The notes: generated from the sequence alone by a model not told the origin. A DNA stretch of 33,222 nt from an uncultured Rikenellaceae bacterium (GCA_964515985.1 CAZEWS010000006.1:1-33222), one strand, 5' to 3'; shown: positions 1-9,877, counted from the first letter of the stretch. A program made the numbers and translations.

Positions 1-132
1 ATGCTAATAATGAGATATAATAATAAATTTGAACATCTTAGTGGTCAGACGAGTAGGTTGTAAAATTAAAAACCCAACAAGATTATGGAACATAGCCTTG
101 ATTAATTAGATGAGTTAGGTTTATCAGTTGTG

Positions 133-1326
133 TCAATACAAAAAGCCAAACAGCCAGAGAGGAATTTTATTATCAAAACCGTATTCGATGTCATCGGTTA
201 CTAAGTACGCATTTTTTGTTCCGGCAATCTGTTTTGTGGTTTTGTTTTTGCCGCCTATTTCAAAAGTATATTTATCATCGATCAGAAAATCGCCGATTTC
301 AGGATATGTGACCTTATGGTTTACACTAAGTTGACTAAGGAAAAAGGTTTCACGCAGATTTCCTTTGTTAGTGGGTTTTTCAGTCAGTGCATACATCAGG
401 TTCGTATTTTGAAGGTAAAGTTTATCAGGTTTATTCAGATAGTTAATCCCAAAAGTATCTTTACTAAGCCACTTTACAATTCCAGCCTTTTCGAGATAGA
501 ATAAAAACTTTAAAAGAGAATCGCGTGAGGTGCCTGTTTGCCTGGCAAGCTTCTGAATATTTGGAGTATATGGAACAATCCGTGACAACACCGCAAGCAT
601 TTTTTTCATTTTTATCACCGAATAAAAATCTATATGATGAATTGCAGGCAAATCACTCTCTAATACAAGATTGGTGATACTCAACAATCGTTTTCTGTAA
701 TTTACTCCTGTTTCAATAAAAAATGGATAATAGCCATACTGTATATATTCGGAAAAATATTTCAGGGGTTTTATCTTTTCAAGTATCTTCCAATACAGAT
801 CCCGTTTGGCATTGAGTACCTGCTCTAATTTTAGCATTGGCAATACAATTTTATATTTCAACTCAATAAACTCCCTGAAGGAAAGGCCGGGGAGGTGATA
901 AACCATCGCCCTGCGACTAAGGTCGTGCGACCCACGGTATATATCCAGCGCTGAAGAACTTGTAAAAACCACCTTCAGGTCAGGTAAATTGTCATAAATA
1001 TTTTTTAGCTCCTGCGACCAGTTAGGGTATTTATGTACTTCGTCAATAAACAGATATTCGCCTCCTTGCTTAACAAAGTTTTCGGCAAAGTAAACCAGAT
1101 GATTTTCAGAAAAATATATATCATCTAAACTTATATATAACGATTCTGTTTTCTTCGGCAACATTTTTTTCATATATTGGAGAATTAGCGTTGTTTTTCC
1201 GCTTCCTCTGGCACCAGAAATCCCTATTAGCTTGTCAGGCCAGTATATTTTATCAACCAGAAAACGAGTAAATACCAATGGTATTCTCCTTATATGCTCG
1301 TTTGATATTTCCGTAAGTCTTTCCAT
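133..1326 (-). CDS. AAA+ ATPase of the AAA_14/DUF4143 type (orphan ATP-binding protein)
   Basis: Walker A GARGSGKTT and Walker B LFIDEVH are present, and the C-terminal half resembles DUF4143. The track start at 1347 is TTG and lies inside a TAtaTTTG box, so ATG at 1326 (MERLTEIS...) is preferred. Confidence 0.8.
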   Translation of the reverse strand: MERLTEISNEHIRRIPLVFTRFLVDKIYWPDKLIGISGARGSGKTTLILQYMKKMLPKKTESLYISLDDIYFSENHLVYFAENFVKQGGEYLFIDEVHKYPNWSQELKNIYDNLPDLKVVFTSSSALDIYRGSHDLSRRAMVYHLPGLSFREFIELKYKIVLPMLKLEQVLNAKRDLYWKILEKIKPLKYFSEYIQYGYYPFFIETGVNYRKRLLSITNLVLESDLPAIHHIDFYSVIKMKKMLAVLSRIVPYTPNIQKLARQTGTSRDSLLKFLFYLEKAGIVKWLSKDTFGINYLNKPDKLYLQNTNLMYALTEKPTNKGNLRETFFLSQLSVNHKVTYPEIGDFLIDDKYTFEIGGKNKTTKQIAGTKNAYLVTDDIEYGFDNKIPLWLFGFLY

Positions 1327-1344
1327 ATCTGAAGTATTTATTGA

Positions 1345-1352
1345 CAAATATA
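1345..1352 (-). promoter_or_regulatory. candidate Bacteroidota -7 box TAtaTTTG upstream of the ATPase gene
   Basis: The reverse complement of caaatata matches the TAnnTTTG consensus, 18 nt upstream of ATG 1326. Confidence 0.35.
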
Positions 1353-1387
1353 GTAATTATCACTAACATATTATTGAAAATAAAATA

Positions 1388-1415
1388 TATTTTCACTAAT
1401 ACAGTAGTGAAAATA
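1388..1415. promoter_or_regulatory. perfect 11-bp inverted repeat TATTTTCACTA-N6-TAGTGAAAATA (possible operator)
   Basis: Read directly from the sequence. It lies in the divergent region between the ATPase gene and the metallophosphoesterase gene. Confidence 0.3.
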
Positions 1416-1592
1416 AGGAAATAAAACACATATAGATAAGTGATTTAAAATAAAGGATTCTATTTCTGTGGGCTGAATTCCAACAAGACAGAAACATATT
1501 GGCGCAGAACCTTCACTTAAGTCAGTAGGCCTGAAATTATGATGCCATTCTCTTATGTAGTAACAGACCTGCCAAAATCGGCAGCAGGTAAA

Positions 1593-1626
1593 CTCGTCAG
1601 ACGAACTGAAGAAGTCGTCTGACGAG
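1593..1626. repeat. perfect hairpin CTCGTCAGACGA-N10-TCGTCTGACGAG
   Basis: 12/12 complementary arms. It is preceded at 1567-1589 by ACCTGC..GCAGGT, a relative of the CTGCC/GGCAG module seen elsewhere in the window. Confidence 0.5.
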
Positions 1627-1727
1627 CAGTTAATATTATACTATTTGGTTACTGTTAAACCAGAATTATAACTTTACCCTTTTTAATTATCTACGAATAG
1701 ATCGCTTCACAAAATTTAAAAAATCAT

Positions 1728-1735
1728 TATGTTTG
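1728..1735 (+). promoter_or_regulatory. candidate -7 box TAtgTTTG
   Basis: Matches TAnnTTTG, 64 nt upstream of ATG 1799. Confidence 0.35.
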
Positions 1736-1798
1736 TAAAAAAATTAACCGGGCAAACCGGAAAAAACAAAAAATAAGTAAGCTAAAACATCTATTACC

Positions 1799-2719
1799 AT
1801 GAAAAAAAGTACTTTCTCTAAATTCGCAGTAATCCTTTTAATAAGTTTATTACTGATAACTTCCTGCCGGAATAAAAAAACCGGCTCTGAAAGTGTTCCA
1901 GAATACACATTCAGCTTTGCCTTTTTAACGGATATTCATCTTCAACCCGAAAAAAATGCCGTTGAAGGATTCCAACAGGCAATTGATACGTTAAACAAGC
2001 TCAAACCCGATTTTGTCATTACCGGGGGGGATCTTATTATGGACGTACTGGCTCAAACCGAGGGACGTGCAGACACATTGTATAATCTTTACCTGGAGGC
2101 AATAAAAGAGATAGATATGCCCATATACAATACCATAGGCAACCATGAACTGTTTGGTATATATGAAAAAAGCGGAATAGATCCCTCCCATGAACTTTAT
2201 GGCGATAAAATGTTCGGGAACAGAATCGGCGAAAAACATTATGCCTTTAATCATAAAGGCTGGAGGTTTTATATCCTTGATGCTATAGACGAAACAGAAG
2301 AGAGAACATATTACGGGCATATTGACCAGGAACAAATGGATTGGCTAAAACAAGACCTTAACAGTGTGGATAAAAATACACCTATAGCCATAAGTGTCCA
2401 TATTCCATTTATTACGGTTCAAACCCAGCTTTTACAAGGTCCATTGGCGCCAAACGGTCCGGGTGGTGTGATTACAAACGGACAGGAGGTGCTGGAACTC
2501 TTCAAAGATTTTAATTTAAAACTTGTTTTGCAAGGTCATTTGCACTTCCTCGAGGATATTTACGCACAGGGAATTCATTTCATTACAGGAGGAGCCGTAT
2601 GTGCTGCCTGGTGGAACGGCCCGAGAAACGGTATGGAAGAGGGATTCCTTATGGTTGATGTCGACGATGAAAAAATTGACTGGAGATACATTGACTTTGG
2701 TTGGGAGGTTAATGAATAA
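1799..2719 (+). CDS. metallophosphoesterase (calcineurin-like), lipoprotein
   Basis: Lipoprotein signal LLITSC. Motifs DIH, GGDLIMD, GNHE and GHLH are typical of the calcineurin-like phosphoesterase fold. Confidence 0.8.
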   Translation: MKKSTFSKFAVILLISLLLITSCRNKKTGSESVPEYTFSFAFLTDIHLQPEKNAVEGFQQAIDTLNKLKPDFVITGGDLIMDVLAQTEGRADTLYNLYLEAIKEIDMPIYNTIGNHELFGIYEKSGIDPSHELYGDKMFGNRIGEKHYAFNHKGWRFYILDAIDETEERTYYGHIDQEQMDWLKQDLNSVDKNTPIAISVHIPFITVQTQLLQGPLAPNGPGGVITNGQEVLELFKDFNLKLVLQGHLHFLEDIYAQGIHFITGGAVCAAWWNGPRNGMEEGFLMVDVDDEKIDWRYIDFGWEVNE

Positions 2720-2720
2720 T

Positions 2721-4946
2721 ATGGTTACGTCCGTTAATAAAAAATCCTTTGGCGCTGCTCCTGTCTTTTTTACTGCCATTTCCACCATTCTGGGAGCAAT
2801 TCTGTTTCTTCGTTTTGGTTTTGCTGTTGGTACATTAGGATTTTTTGGGGTATTGCTGATCCTTCTGGTAGGACACATGGTCACAATACCCACAGCACTG
2901 GCTTTATCAGAAATTGCCACCAATGAAAAAGTTGAAGGCGGGGGTGAATATTTCATCATTTCCCGCTCATTCGGATTAAACATTGGAGCAACCATCGGGA
3001 TCTCCCTGTTTTTTTCACAGGCAATCAGTGTGGCGTTTTACGTAATTGCCTTCACCGAGGCTTTTGAACCTGTATTCAATTTCTTCAGGGATAGTTTCGA
3101 TATCGTTCTTCCACGACAGGTAGTCAGTCTGCCGGCAATGGCATTATTATCCTTTCTGATATTGAAAAAAGGCGCTAATCTTGGTGTAAAAGCATTGTAT
3201 TTTGTTGTGGTTATTTTATTTATTTCTTTAACGCTGTTTTTTCTCGGTGAGACGGATTATTCCCAAACCAGTGAACCTAAATTCTTTTCAGGCTCATTCC
3301 GCAATATGAGCGATTTTTTTATTGTATTTGCCATTGTTTTTCCGGCATTTACCGGGATGACTGCGGGAGTTGGCCTTTCAGGCGATCTTAAAAACCCCAG
3401 ACGATCAATACCTTTAGGTACCATAACGGCTACTGTTTTAGGAATCATCATTTATCTGTTCATATCCTGGAAACTGAACATTTCTGCCAGTCCGGAAGAC
3501 CTTGTCTCAAACCAGCTCATAATGAGTAAAATTGCTCTTTATGGTGTCATCGTTATTCCTCTTGGATTAGCCGCTTCAACCATATCTTCCGCCCTGGGTT
3601 CTGTTATGGTTGCACCCCGTACACTTCAGGCTTTGGGTGTTGACCGGTCATTTCCATCGTCAAAACTAAATACATTCATTGCCCGTGGTAAGGGTGAAAC
3701 CAACGAACCATTCAACGGTTCAGTCATTACCTGTTTCATTGCATTTATCTTTGTAGCCCTGGGTAGTGTTAATGTTGTTGCAGAGATTATCTCCATGTTT
3801 TTCATGGTGACATACGGTTCCATTTGCCTTATTTCCTTTCTTCATCATTTCGGAGCCGATCCTTCCTACCGGCCTTCTTTTCGTTCAAAATGGTTTATCT
3901 CAATGCTTGGTTTCATTATGTGCACCTGGCTGATGTTTAAGATCAATACCTTTTATGCCCTGGCTGCCTTGGTTTTAATGACATTCATCTATATATTCAT
4001 TCATTATCACCATCGCGAAAGGCAGGGAATTGAAGCTATTTTTCAGGGTACGATGTTCCAAATGAGCCGTAACCTGCAGGTTTTTCTCCAAAAATCAAAG
4101 AAAATTGGCAGCAGCCAAAAGTGGAGACCTTCAGTGATCTGTGTCTCACAGGATTCCTTTGAACGGGATAATGCCTTTAAATTGTTAACATGGATATCCC
4201 ATCGTTACGGCTTTGGCACCTACATTCATTTGATTGAAGGATATTACTCCAGAATTGTTCATCTTGAGGCAGATCAATTGCTAACCCAATTAATCGAGAA
4301 ATCTGAAGATGAAAAATCAAGAGTATTCATGGATACCATAATATCTCCATCCTACACTTCTGCCATCGCCCAGATCATCCAGTTACCAAGCATCTCAGGA
4401 ATGGACAATAATATGATCCTGTTTGAATTTGATAAGGAGAATCCGGTTAACCTGTCTCAAATTATTGATAATTACGCTCTCAGCCGGTCAGGAGATTACG
4501 ATGTTTGTGTTTTGGGAACCTCCGGGAAGAAAATAAATTATAAAAAGGGTATACACGTTTGGATCAGGAGTTACGATTTTGAAAATGCAAATCTAATGAT
4601 CCTTTTAAGCTACATTATCCTGAGCCACCCGGATTGGAAAAAAGGAATGATTAAAATCTTTGATGTTTGTGATGAAGCAGAATTGGATCAGACAAGGAAA
4701 AACCTGGTAAATCTGGTAAGTTCCGGACGCCTTCCTATATCACAAAAGAATATCCGGATTCTGAAAAAAGAAGAAAACGTCCATATCAAAACGCTTATCA
4801 ATGAGAAATCGTCCGAAGCCGGATTAACTCTTTTGGGCTTCCGCGGAGAACAACTGAAGCATGATAAAGAAAGTCTGTTTACCGGTTATGAGAATGTTGG
4901 AAATATTCTCTTTGTTAACGCAAGGCAACAAAAAATAATTAAATGA
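2721..4946 (+). CDS. APC-superfamily permease with SLC12 (cation-chloride cotransporter)-like C-terminal domain
   Basis: About 12 predicted TM helices are followed by a ~300-aa cytoplasmic domain. The track ORF starts at 2523 inside the upstream gene. ATG 2721 (MVTSVNKK; alternative 2712) sits at the upstream stop, 2717-2719. Confidence 0.8.
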   Translation: MVTSVNKKSFGAAPVFFTAISTILGAILFLRFGFAVGTLGFFGVLLILLVGHMVTIPTALALSEIATNEKVEGGGEYFIISRSFGLNIGATIGISLFFSQAISVAFYVIAFTEAFEPVFNFFRDSFDIVLPRQVVSLPAMALLSFLILKKGANLGVKALYFVVVILFISLTLFFLGETDYSQTSEPKFFSGSFRNMSDFFIVFAIVFPAFTGMTAGVGLSGDLKNPRRSIPLGTITATVLGIIIYLFISWKLNISASPEDLVSNQLIMSKIALYGVIVIPLGLAASTISSALGSVMVAPRTLQALGVDRSFPSSKLNTFIARGKGETNEPFNGSVITCFIAFIFVALGSVNVVAEIISMFFMVTYGSICLISFLHHFGADPSYRPSFRSKWFISMLGFIMCTWLMFKINTFYALAALVLMTFIYIFIHYHHRERQGIEAIFQGTMFQMSRNLQVFLQKSKKIGSSQKWRPSVICVSQDSFERDNAFKLLTWISHRYGFGTYIHLIEGYYSRIVHLEADQLLTQLIEKSEDEKSRVFMDTIISPSYTSAIAQIIQLPSISGMDNNMILFEFDKENPVNLSQIIDNYALSRSGDYDVCVLGTSGKKINYKKGIHVWIRSYDFENANLMILLSYIILSHPDWKKGMIKIFDVCDEAELDQTRKNLVNLVSSGRLPISQKNIRILKKEENVHIKTLINEKSSEAGLTLLGFRGEQLKHDKESLFTGYENVGNILFVNARQQKIIK

Positions 4947-5212
4947 ATAAATCAGTTCACCAAATATTTCCAGTTTGCCTTCTTTTCGTCCTGGTTTTTT
5001 TCTCCTGCACAGCTTCTTGTGAGAAGAAGAACAAATCCGTCCCTGACAAGCCGTATGTAGTTATGCTGTCTCTTGATGGTTTCAGATGGGACTATCCAAA
5101 TAAAACAAGCACGCCTAATCTCGACAAGATTGCTGAAATCCTTGGATTTAATCCCGCTCCTGTTGACGGAAAGCTGGAAAACGTTAAAGCAATGCTAAAA
5201 GACAGCCAATGA
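4943..5212 (+). pseudogene. internally deleted nucleotide pyrophosphatase/phosphodiesterase (ENPP / type I phosphodiesterase) remnant
   Basis: Signal peptide plus N-terminal motif YVVMLSLDGFRWDY..TPNLDKIAE is joined in frame to a C-terminal-type motif ILGFNPAPVDGKL. It is 89 aa, whereas the family is typically around 400 aa by my recollection. ATGA overlap with the upstream stop. Confidence 0.6.
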
Positions 5213-5280
5213 GTTCTGAACAACCCGGCAGCCGTCCATTGGAGAATCGGTAAATAAGCCGGGATGTTCAGTGAACAGGT

Positions 5281-7242
5281 TCATTCATCAAAATTTTCGT
5301 TTTCAGTGTCACTCCTGATGATTTCAAATTTTTTATCATACCTGATAAAAAACATTTCTTTATTTTCAAAACCATCTGAACGGTAATTACGCTGAAAGTT
5401 GTAATTAGCATGCAGCAAGTCAATCTTGTATCGTGATACATTGTTTCTGAATCTTCTTCCATATCTGCCAAAACCACTAAGAAAGTAAAACATGATATCA
5501 TAACCCTGCCAGGCAAAACTGAATTGGTTAGGTTCAGTATGGAATTGTTTCCTGAATTTCATTATAAAATTCTTCACATCATCGTTTTCATAATCCAATA
5601 AAAACGGTGTGTACAGATGCAGATCCAAATTACAAAAATGTTCAAGTTCAATGCTTCTAAACCTTTGCCAGTTATGATATCCAAACAACTTTATCTTATA
5701 ATCCGGGGCGAGTGTATTCAGGTTTGAAACCACATTGCTCACAAAAGCTTCATTACCTGAAGCAACCAGTACGATATTATCAATATCACTTGATAAAGCA
5801 TGCTCAATACTGTTTATGGCATCATTCTTCGTGATTTGATTATTATAAACCACTTCCTTAAAAACCACTTCGTTAAAAAATGTCCGGTAGAAAAAATAAG
5901 AAAACAAATTTCGTTTTAATTCATTAATATGCTCTGTTTCCAAACTATCTCCCGGATGAATCATAACAATATTCTTATCATAAAATCGCGAAATGTAGTT
6001 CGTTATTTTATCAAATTCCGTTGATAAAGAAGGTCTGATCTGAAACAGATAGGGATTATCCTCTAAAAGTTCACTACGAGACGACAGGGGAGAAACCACC
6101 GGAATACGATATGATTTCGCATAATCGGCAACCATTCTCATGTTGAAAGAATACACAGGACCAATAATAAGATCCATTTTCCTGAGTTTTCCTTCCTCCA
6201 AAAGTTCCTGAACCGTTACAGAATCATTTTCTGTATCAAAAACAAAAAGATTAATCGACAATCCTGCTTTTTGCAACGAATCGATTGCAATAAAAGCACC
6301 TTCGTAGAACTCAAGAAAATTCAGACTTTTTGGATACATCCATGTTTCTTCCCGTTCGATGGATTTGAAAATTCTATTCCCAAACTCATCTATTTCAGAA
6401 GAATCGATAACAATCCGTTCGTCATTCTCATCAAGATAAAAAGGAAGCATAAGGGCTACATCAATTGTTCCTGAAATTTTAAAGTCGCCGGGCAAATCGA
6501 ATTCCATATCCAGGGAATCAACAGGCTCCTCAATATTGTTCATATTTTGGGCATAACTAATGCTAAAAATGTCAATCTTTTTCTTTTCAACAGGAATCCT
6601 GAGATATTGACCATATTTTGGACCACCTTTTAAACCATCATTGGATCTCCTGATCTCACGAACCGGAACCATGAATTTCCTTGAAATTGAATACAATGTT
6701 TCCTTTTTCCCAACACGATAATACGTAAAATGGTCTTCATCATGATCGAAATTTTCAACATTGGTTTGAAACCTTTGTTTAGGAATCTTGATTCCTGTTC
6801 CGATTGGGATATCATTAATATCCAATTCAGGGTTATGTTTTAAAATCTCTTCAGCTTCAACACCATAATCAACCGAAAGTGAATAAATTGTTTGGTTTTC
6901 CTCAATAACATGGTAAATATATTTTCCCGGTTCTTCCGGTTTAAATTCTTCGATTTCATTATTCTCAACTACCGGTATTTTCAAAGCCTGCCCGGGTTGT
7001 AAACCAAATTTTACAGTTGGGTTTTCCTTCGATATCTCTTTTTGCGAAACAAAATAAACCCTGCTAATGGCAAATAAGGTTTGACCTTTTTTAACAATAT
7101 GAATGTAATAGGGTTTACCCTCCAGTATGATCTTATCTTTTGATTTCTTAACCTCAACAGGCTCATCCTGTCCATACAAGGCTCCAATCAAAACAAGTTG
7201 AATAATAATTGCCGTAATAAAGCCGGAAGGTGATTTCAACAT
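5281..7242 (-). CDS. LysM (x3) plus periplasmic-binding-protein-like domain protein
   Basis: Three LysM repeats (e.g. YIHIVKKGQTLFAISRVY..., YHVIEENQTIYSLSVDY..., YYRVGKKETLYSISRKF...) precede a type-I PBP-like C-terminal half. The track start 7254 is TTG; ATG 7242 gives a clean signal peptide. Confidence 0.8.
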   Translation of the reverse strand: MLKSPSGFITAIIIQLVLIGALYGQDEPVEVKKSKDKIILEGKPYYIHIVKKGQTLFAISRVYFVSQKEISKENPTVKFGLQPGQALKIPVVENNEIEEFKPEEPGKYIYHVIEENQTIYSLSVDYGVEAEEILKHNPELDINDIPIGTGIKIPKQRFQTNVENFDHDEDHFTYYRVGKKETLYSISRKFMVPVREIRRSNDGLKGGPKYGQYLRIPVEKKKIDIFSISYAQNMNNIEEPVDSLDMEFDLPGDFKISGTIDVALMLPFYLDENDERIVIDSSEIDEFGNRIFKSIEREETWMYPKSLNFLEFYEGAFIAIDSLQKAGLSINLFVFDTENDSVTVQELLEEGKLRKMDLIIGPVYSFNMRMVADYAKSYRIPVVSPLSSRSELLEDNPYLFQIRPSLSTEFDKITNYISRFYDKNIVMIHPGDSLETEHINELKRNLFSYFFYRTFFNEVVFKEVVYNNQITKNDAINSIEHALSSDIDNIVLVASGNEAFVSNVVSNLNTLAPDYKIKLFGYHNWQRFRSIELEHFCNLDLHLYTPFLLDYENDDVKNFIMKFRKQFHTEPNQFSFAWQGYDIMFYFLSGFGRYGRRFRNNVSRYKIDLLHANYNFQRNYRSDGFENKEMFFIRYDKKFEIIRSDTENENFDE

Positions 7243-7279
7243 ACAGATAATCAAATAATTATATACATAAACTTAATAA

Positions 7280-7287
7280 CAAAGGTA
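7280..7287 (-). promoter_or_regulatory. candidate -7 box TAccTTTG
   Basis: Reverse complement of caaaggta, 38 nt upstream of ATG 7242. Confidence 0.35.
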
Positions 7288-7492
7288 CTAAAGTATTATC
7301 CCATAACAAAACATATATTCATTTTAGAACTCAAAATAACTAACTGTTTTATTGATGATTTTTTTGAAAAAGTTATTTGGTTATTGGGTTGTTCAACTGT
7401 TTAGTTGTATTAAAAAGGATTAATTCGTACCTTTCTGTATTGAAGTTATTCCGGAATTTTAGCATTGTATTCATCATAAATCATTGTATGAT

Positions 7493-8557
7493 ATGTTTTC
7501 TTTCATAAAACAACTATTCGGAAATAAGTCTGGCAAATCCCGCCGCAGACAAAAAATTCAAGAAGCAACCATTCAATTCAAAGATTCACCGGCAGTAAAA
7601 GAAAAACGCTATAAACAGCCTGATGCTGATGTTCATAAACTTATGATCCAGGCTACCCGGATTAGGAAGGGAAATGGATACCCGGAAGCTATTGAATTTT
7701 TAAAGGACATTGCTGAAGTATATGTCAGGAAAGGGAACACTGCCCTTGTAGCCTGTATGAACAAATTAATTCCATACATGAAGAGGGATGAATCAGTAAG
7801 TTATTCTGTAACATACCAATACCTGGAAGATATTATTCAAAGAATGCCAAAAAAGGATCCGTATTTTCTGGCATTACACATTACCATGGCTGATCTGATA
7901 AAAAGCCAAAATATCTATCAATCGATATCCTACCTGGAAAACTTAATGGATCAGGTAAAGACAAATATTGATTTTTATGATATTTTAATTAAAAGAATTG
8001 ACCTCTATATTGAGAAAAAGGACGATAATAACGCCAAAAACCTATTACCCGTAGCCAGGAATTTACTTCATACCAACCTGGACCGTTATGATTATATTAA
8101 AAAAGAAAGAAAATGGTTCAGGAGTTGTGCTAATCTGAATTACTCTCTGACCGGCAGATCCGGAAAAATTGAATACTTATTTAATCGTTTTGTTGAGTTT
8201 ATCCTTGACATGGCCAGGGTTCTCGATCCATTGCAAATCGAATCATTCCACCACAGAAAAGATTTATACTATAAGAAAGAAAGGGGGTTTGAAGATAGCG
8301 ATAAATTTAATTCAGCCCTGGAGGAATTAAACATTGAAAGTAAAAAAGAATTCATAATAAAGCAGTTGTACGGTTATGCTTTTGAAGAAATCCCCCGGCT
8401 TCTCGGGATCACAGAAAAACAAATCCATTTTAAACCAGGTCAGGAAGAAACCATTGAGGAACTGAGGGAAAAGAAATTATTTTCAAGGAAGCCTTTCAGG
8501 GAATTACCCGAGATAGAAAATTATATCAGGCAATTTGTTGAGAAACATACAAAATAA
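7493..8557 (+). CDS. hypothetical protein, predicted all-helical, no recognisable family
   Basis: Long uninterrupted ORF. ATG 7493 is preferred over TTG 7484. No signal peptide and no motif I recognise. Confidence 0.55.
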   Translation: MFSFIKQLFGNKSGKSRRRQKIQEATIQFKDSPAVKEKRYKQPDADVHKLMIQATRIRKGNGYPEAIEFLKDIAEVYVRKGNTALVACMNKLIPYMKRDESVSYSVTYQYLEDIIQRMPKKDPYFLALHITMADLIKSQNIYQSISYLENLMDQVKTNIDFYDILIKRIDLYIEKKDDNNAKNLLPVARNLLHTNLDRYDYIKKERKWFRSCANLNYSLTGRSGKIEYLFNRFVEFILDMARVLDPLQIESFHHRKDLYYKKERGFEDSDKFNSALEELNIESKKEFIIKQLYGYAFEEIPRLLGITEKQIHFKPGQEETIEELREKKLFSRKPFRELPEIENYIRQFVEKHTK

Positions 8558-8647
8558 ACCGGCTGCATGAACGTTTTCATCAACACAATTTTTTTATATT
8601 CCGACGTTAAACATATTCTGAATATTCTATACAAAAGTTAAAGTAGA

Positions 8648-9022
8648 ATGCAAAGAGTATTATTAATTATTGTACAATTATCAATATTAGTAACATTAAA
8701 AGCTCAAAACTACAGTATTTATGGTACTGTTAAAGATAAAAATACCGGAGAATTTCTTATAGGCGCAACAATTTATATTAAAGATAAGAATATTGGGACT
8801 GTTACAAATAATTACGGTTTTTATTCTATAACATTACAAAAAGGTGAATATGCAATAATATTCTCCTATCTTGGGTATGAATCAACTAGAAAAGATATCT
8901 TATTAAATAATAATTCTTTGATTAATGTTGAATTACAAATCGGAACAAGAGCAATTGAAGAAGTTGTAGTAACTCCTTATACAAGAGATAAGAATATAGA
9001 ATTTACATTATTCGAAAAATAG
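8648..9022 (+). pseudogene. N-terminal fragment of a TonB-dependent receptor (signal peptide plus carboxypeptidase-regulatory-like domain only)
   Basis: YSIYGTVKDKNTGEFLIGATIYI..GFYSITLQKGEYAIIFSYLGYES..EEVVVT is the typical CarboxypepD_reg N-domain. The ORF stops after 124 aa with no plug or barrel. Confidence 0.6.
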
Positions 9023-9093
9023 CATTAGATGAGTTATTAAAGGAAAGACTTTTAGAGATTGAAGCGAAAAAGAATAATATTTCAGTTAAAGAT

Positions 9094-9846
9094 TTGTTAA
9101 GTTCACTTTACACAAAAAAAATCAATAAACCTGCTCTTTCAAAATTTAGTGTATTAAACCAATACGATAACGGAATTCCTACTTTAGAAAGAACCTTAAC
9201 ATATTATGATATAAATTCTAAAAAAGGACGTACTTTATTGATAAATAAATATAAAGAGTTTGTTCTGCAACAATATATTGATTCTTTAAAAAAAGCATTT
9301 AATACCAAAATATTATTAAAACCTCCTCTGTCGCCAATTATTAAAGTAGAAAATTTATTAGTTCATTATAGAGGCAACCTAAATTCTAAAATAACATTTT
9401 TAGAAATTTCTGATTTTGAATGTGTTATGTGCAAGGAATATGTTCCGCTTTTTGATTCTTTATTTATTAAATACAAAGAATTAGTCCGTTTTGGTTATTC
9501 TCATTTTGGATCGTACGTATCAGTTTGTGCTATTGCAACAGAATGTGCAGCAAAACAAGGAAAGTTCTGGGAAATGCATGATTCTATTCTATATTCTGTT
9601 GAAATACCTGATACAAATGATATTTTTAGAATTGCACATAACTTAAATCTAAAAATGGATAGATTTAAAAATGATTTTAATAATAGAGAAATTGCTGATA
9701 AGATTGAAGATAATTTCTATGCGTTAGAATCAGCAGGTGTATATGGAACTCCAACAATTATGGTAAATAACAGGCTCATTTTTAATTCTTCATCAATTGA
9801 AGAAATCGAAAAAACTCTTCAATATGAAATTAAAAAGAATAGATGA
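9094..9846 (+). CDS. DsbA-like thioredoxin-fold protein, probably 5'-truncated
   Basis: CVMC (CxxC) motif and a C-terminal GTPTIMVNN motif. The frame is open back to 8992 (..ALDELLKERLLEIEAKKNNISVKDLL) with no ATG, and the track start is TTG. Confidence 0.55.
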   Translation: MLSSLYTKKINKPALSKFSVLNQYDNGIPTLERTLTYYDINSKKGRTLLINKYKEFVLQQYIDSLKKAFNTKILLKPPLSPIIKVENLLVHYRGNLNSKITFLEISDFECVMCKEYVPLFDSLFIKYKELVRFGYSHFGSYVSVCAIATECAAKQGKFWEMHDSILYSVEIPDTNDIFRIAHNLNLKMDRFKNDFNNREIADKIEDNFYALESAGVYGTPTIMVNNRLIFNSSSIEEIEKTLQYEIKKNR

Positions 9847-9877
9847 AAAAATAGGCCAAAGTTATAAGTGGGATTAA

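Noticed and set aside
44-1604. GTCAGACGA 9-mer on both sides of the AAA ATPase gene as a target-site duplication or TIR
   Set aside because: A single 9-mer match in 33 kb, counting both strands, is expected by chance at about 0.25, and nothing else supports it.
1991-2995. Antisense or out-of-frame ORFs inside real genes. Examples: 128-334, 316-504, 1991-2335, 2516-2995, 3257-3451, 5268-5516, 10153-10953, 11823-12403, 15357-15767, 16170-16415, 23790-24422, 26004-26231, 28796-29301, 30060-30287
   Set aside because: Each is fully embedded in a longer ORF that carries clear family motifs. They are typical shadow ORFs in AT-rich DNA.
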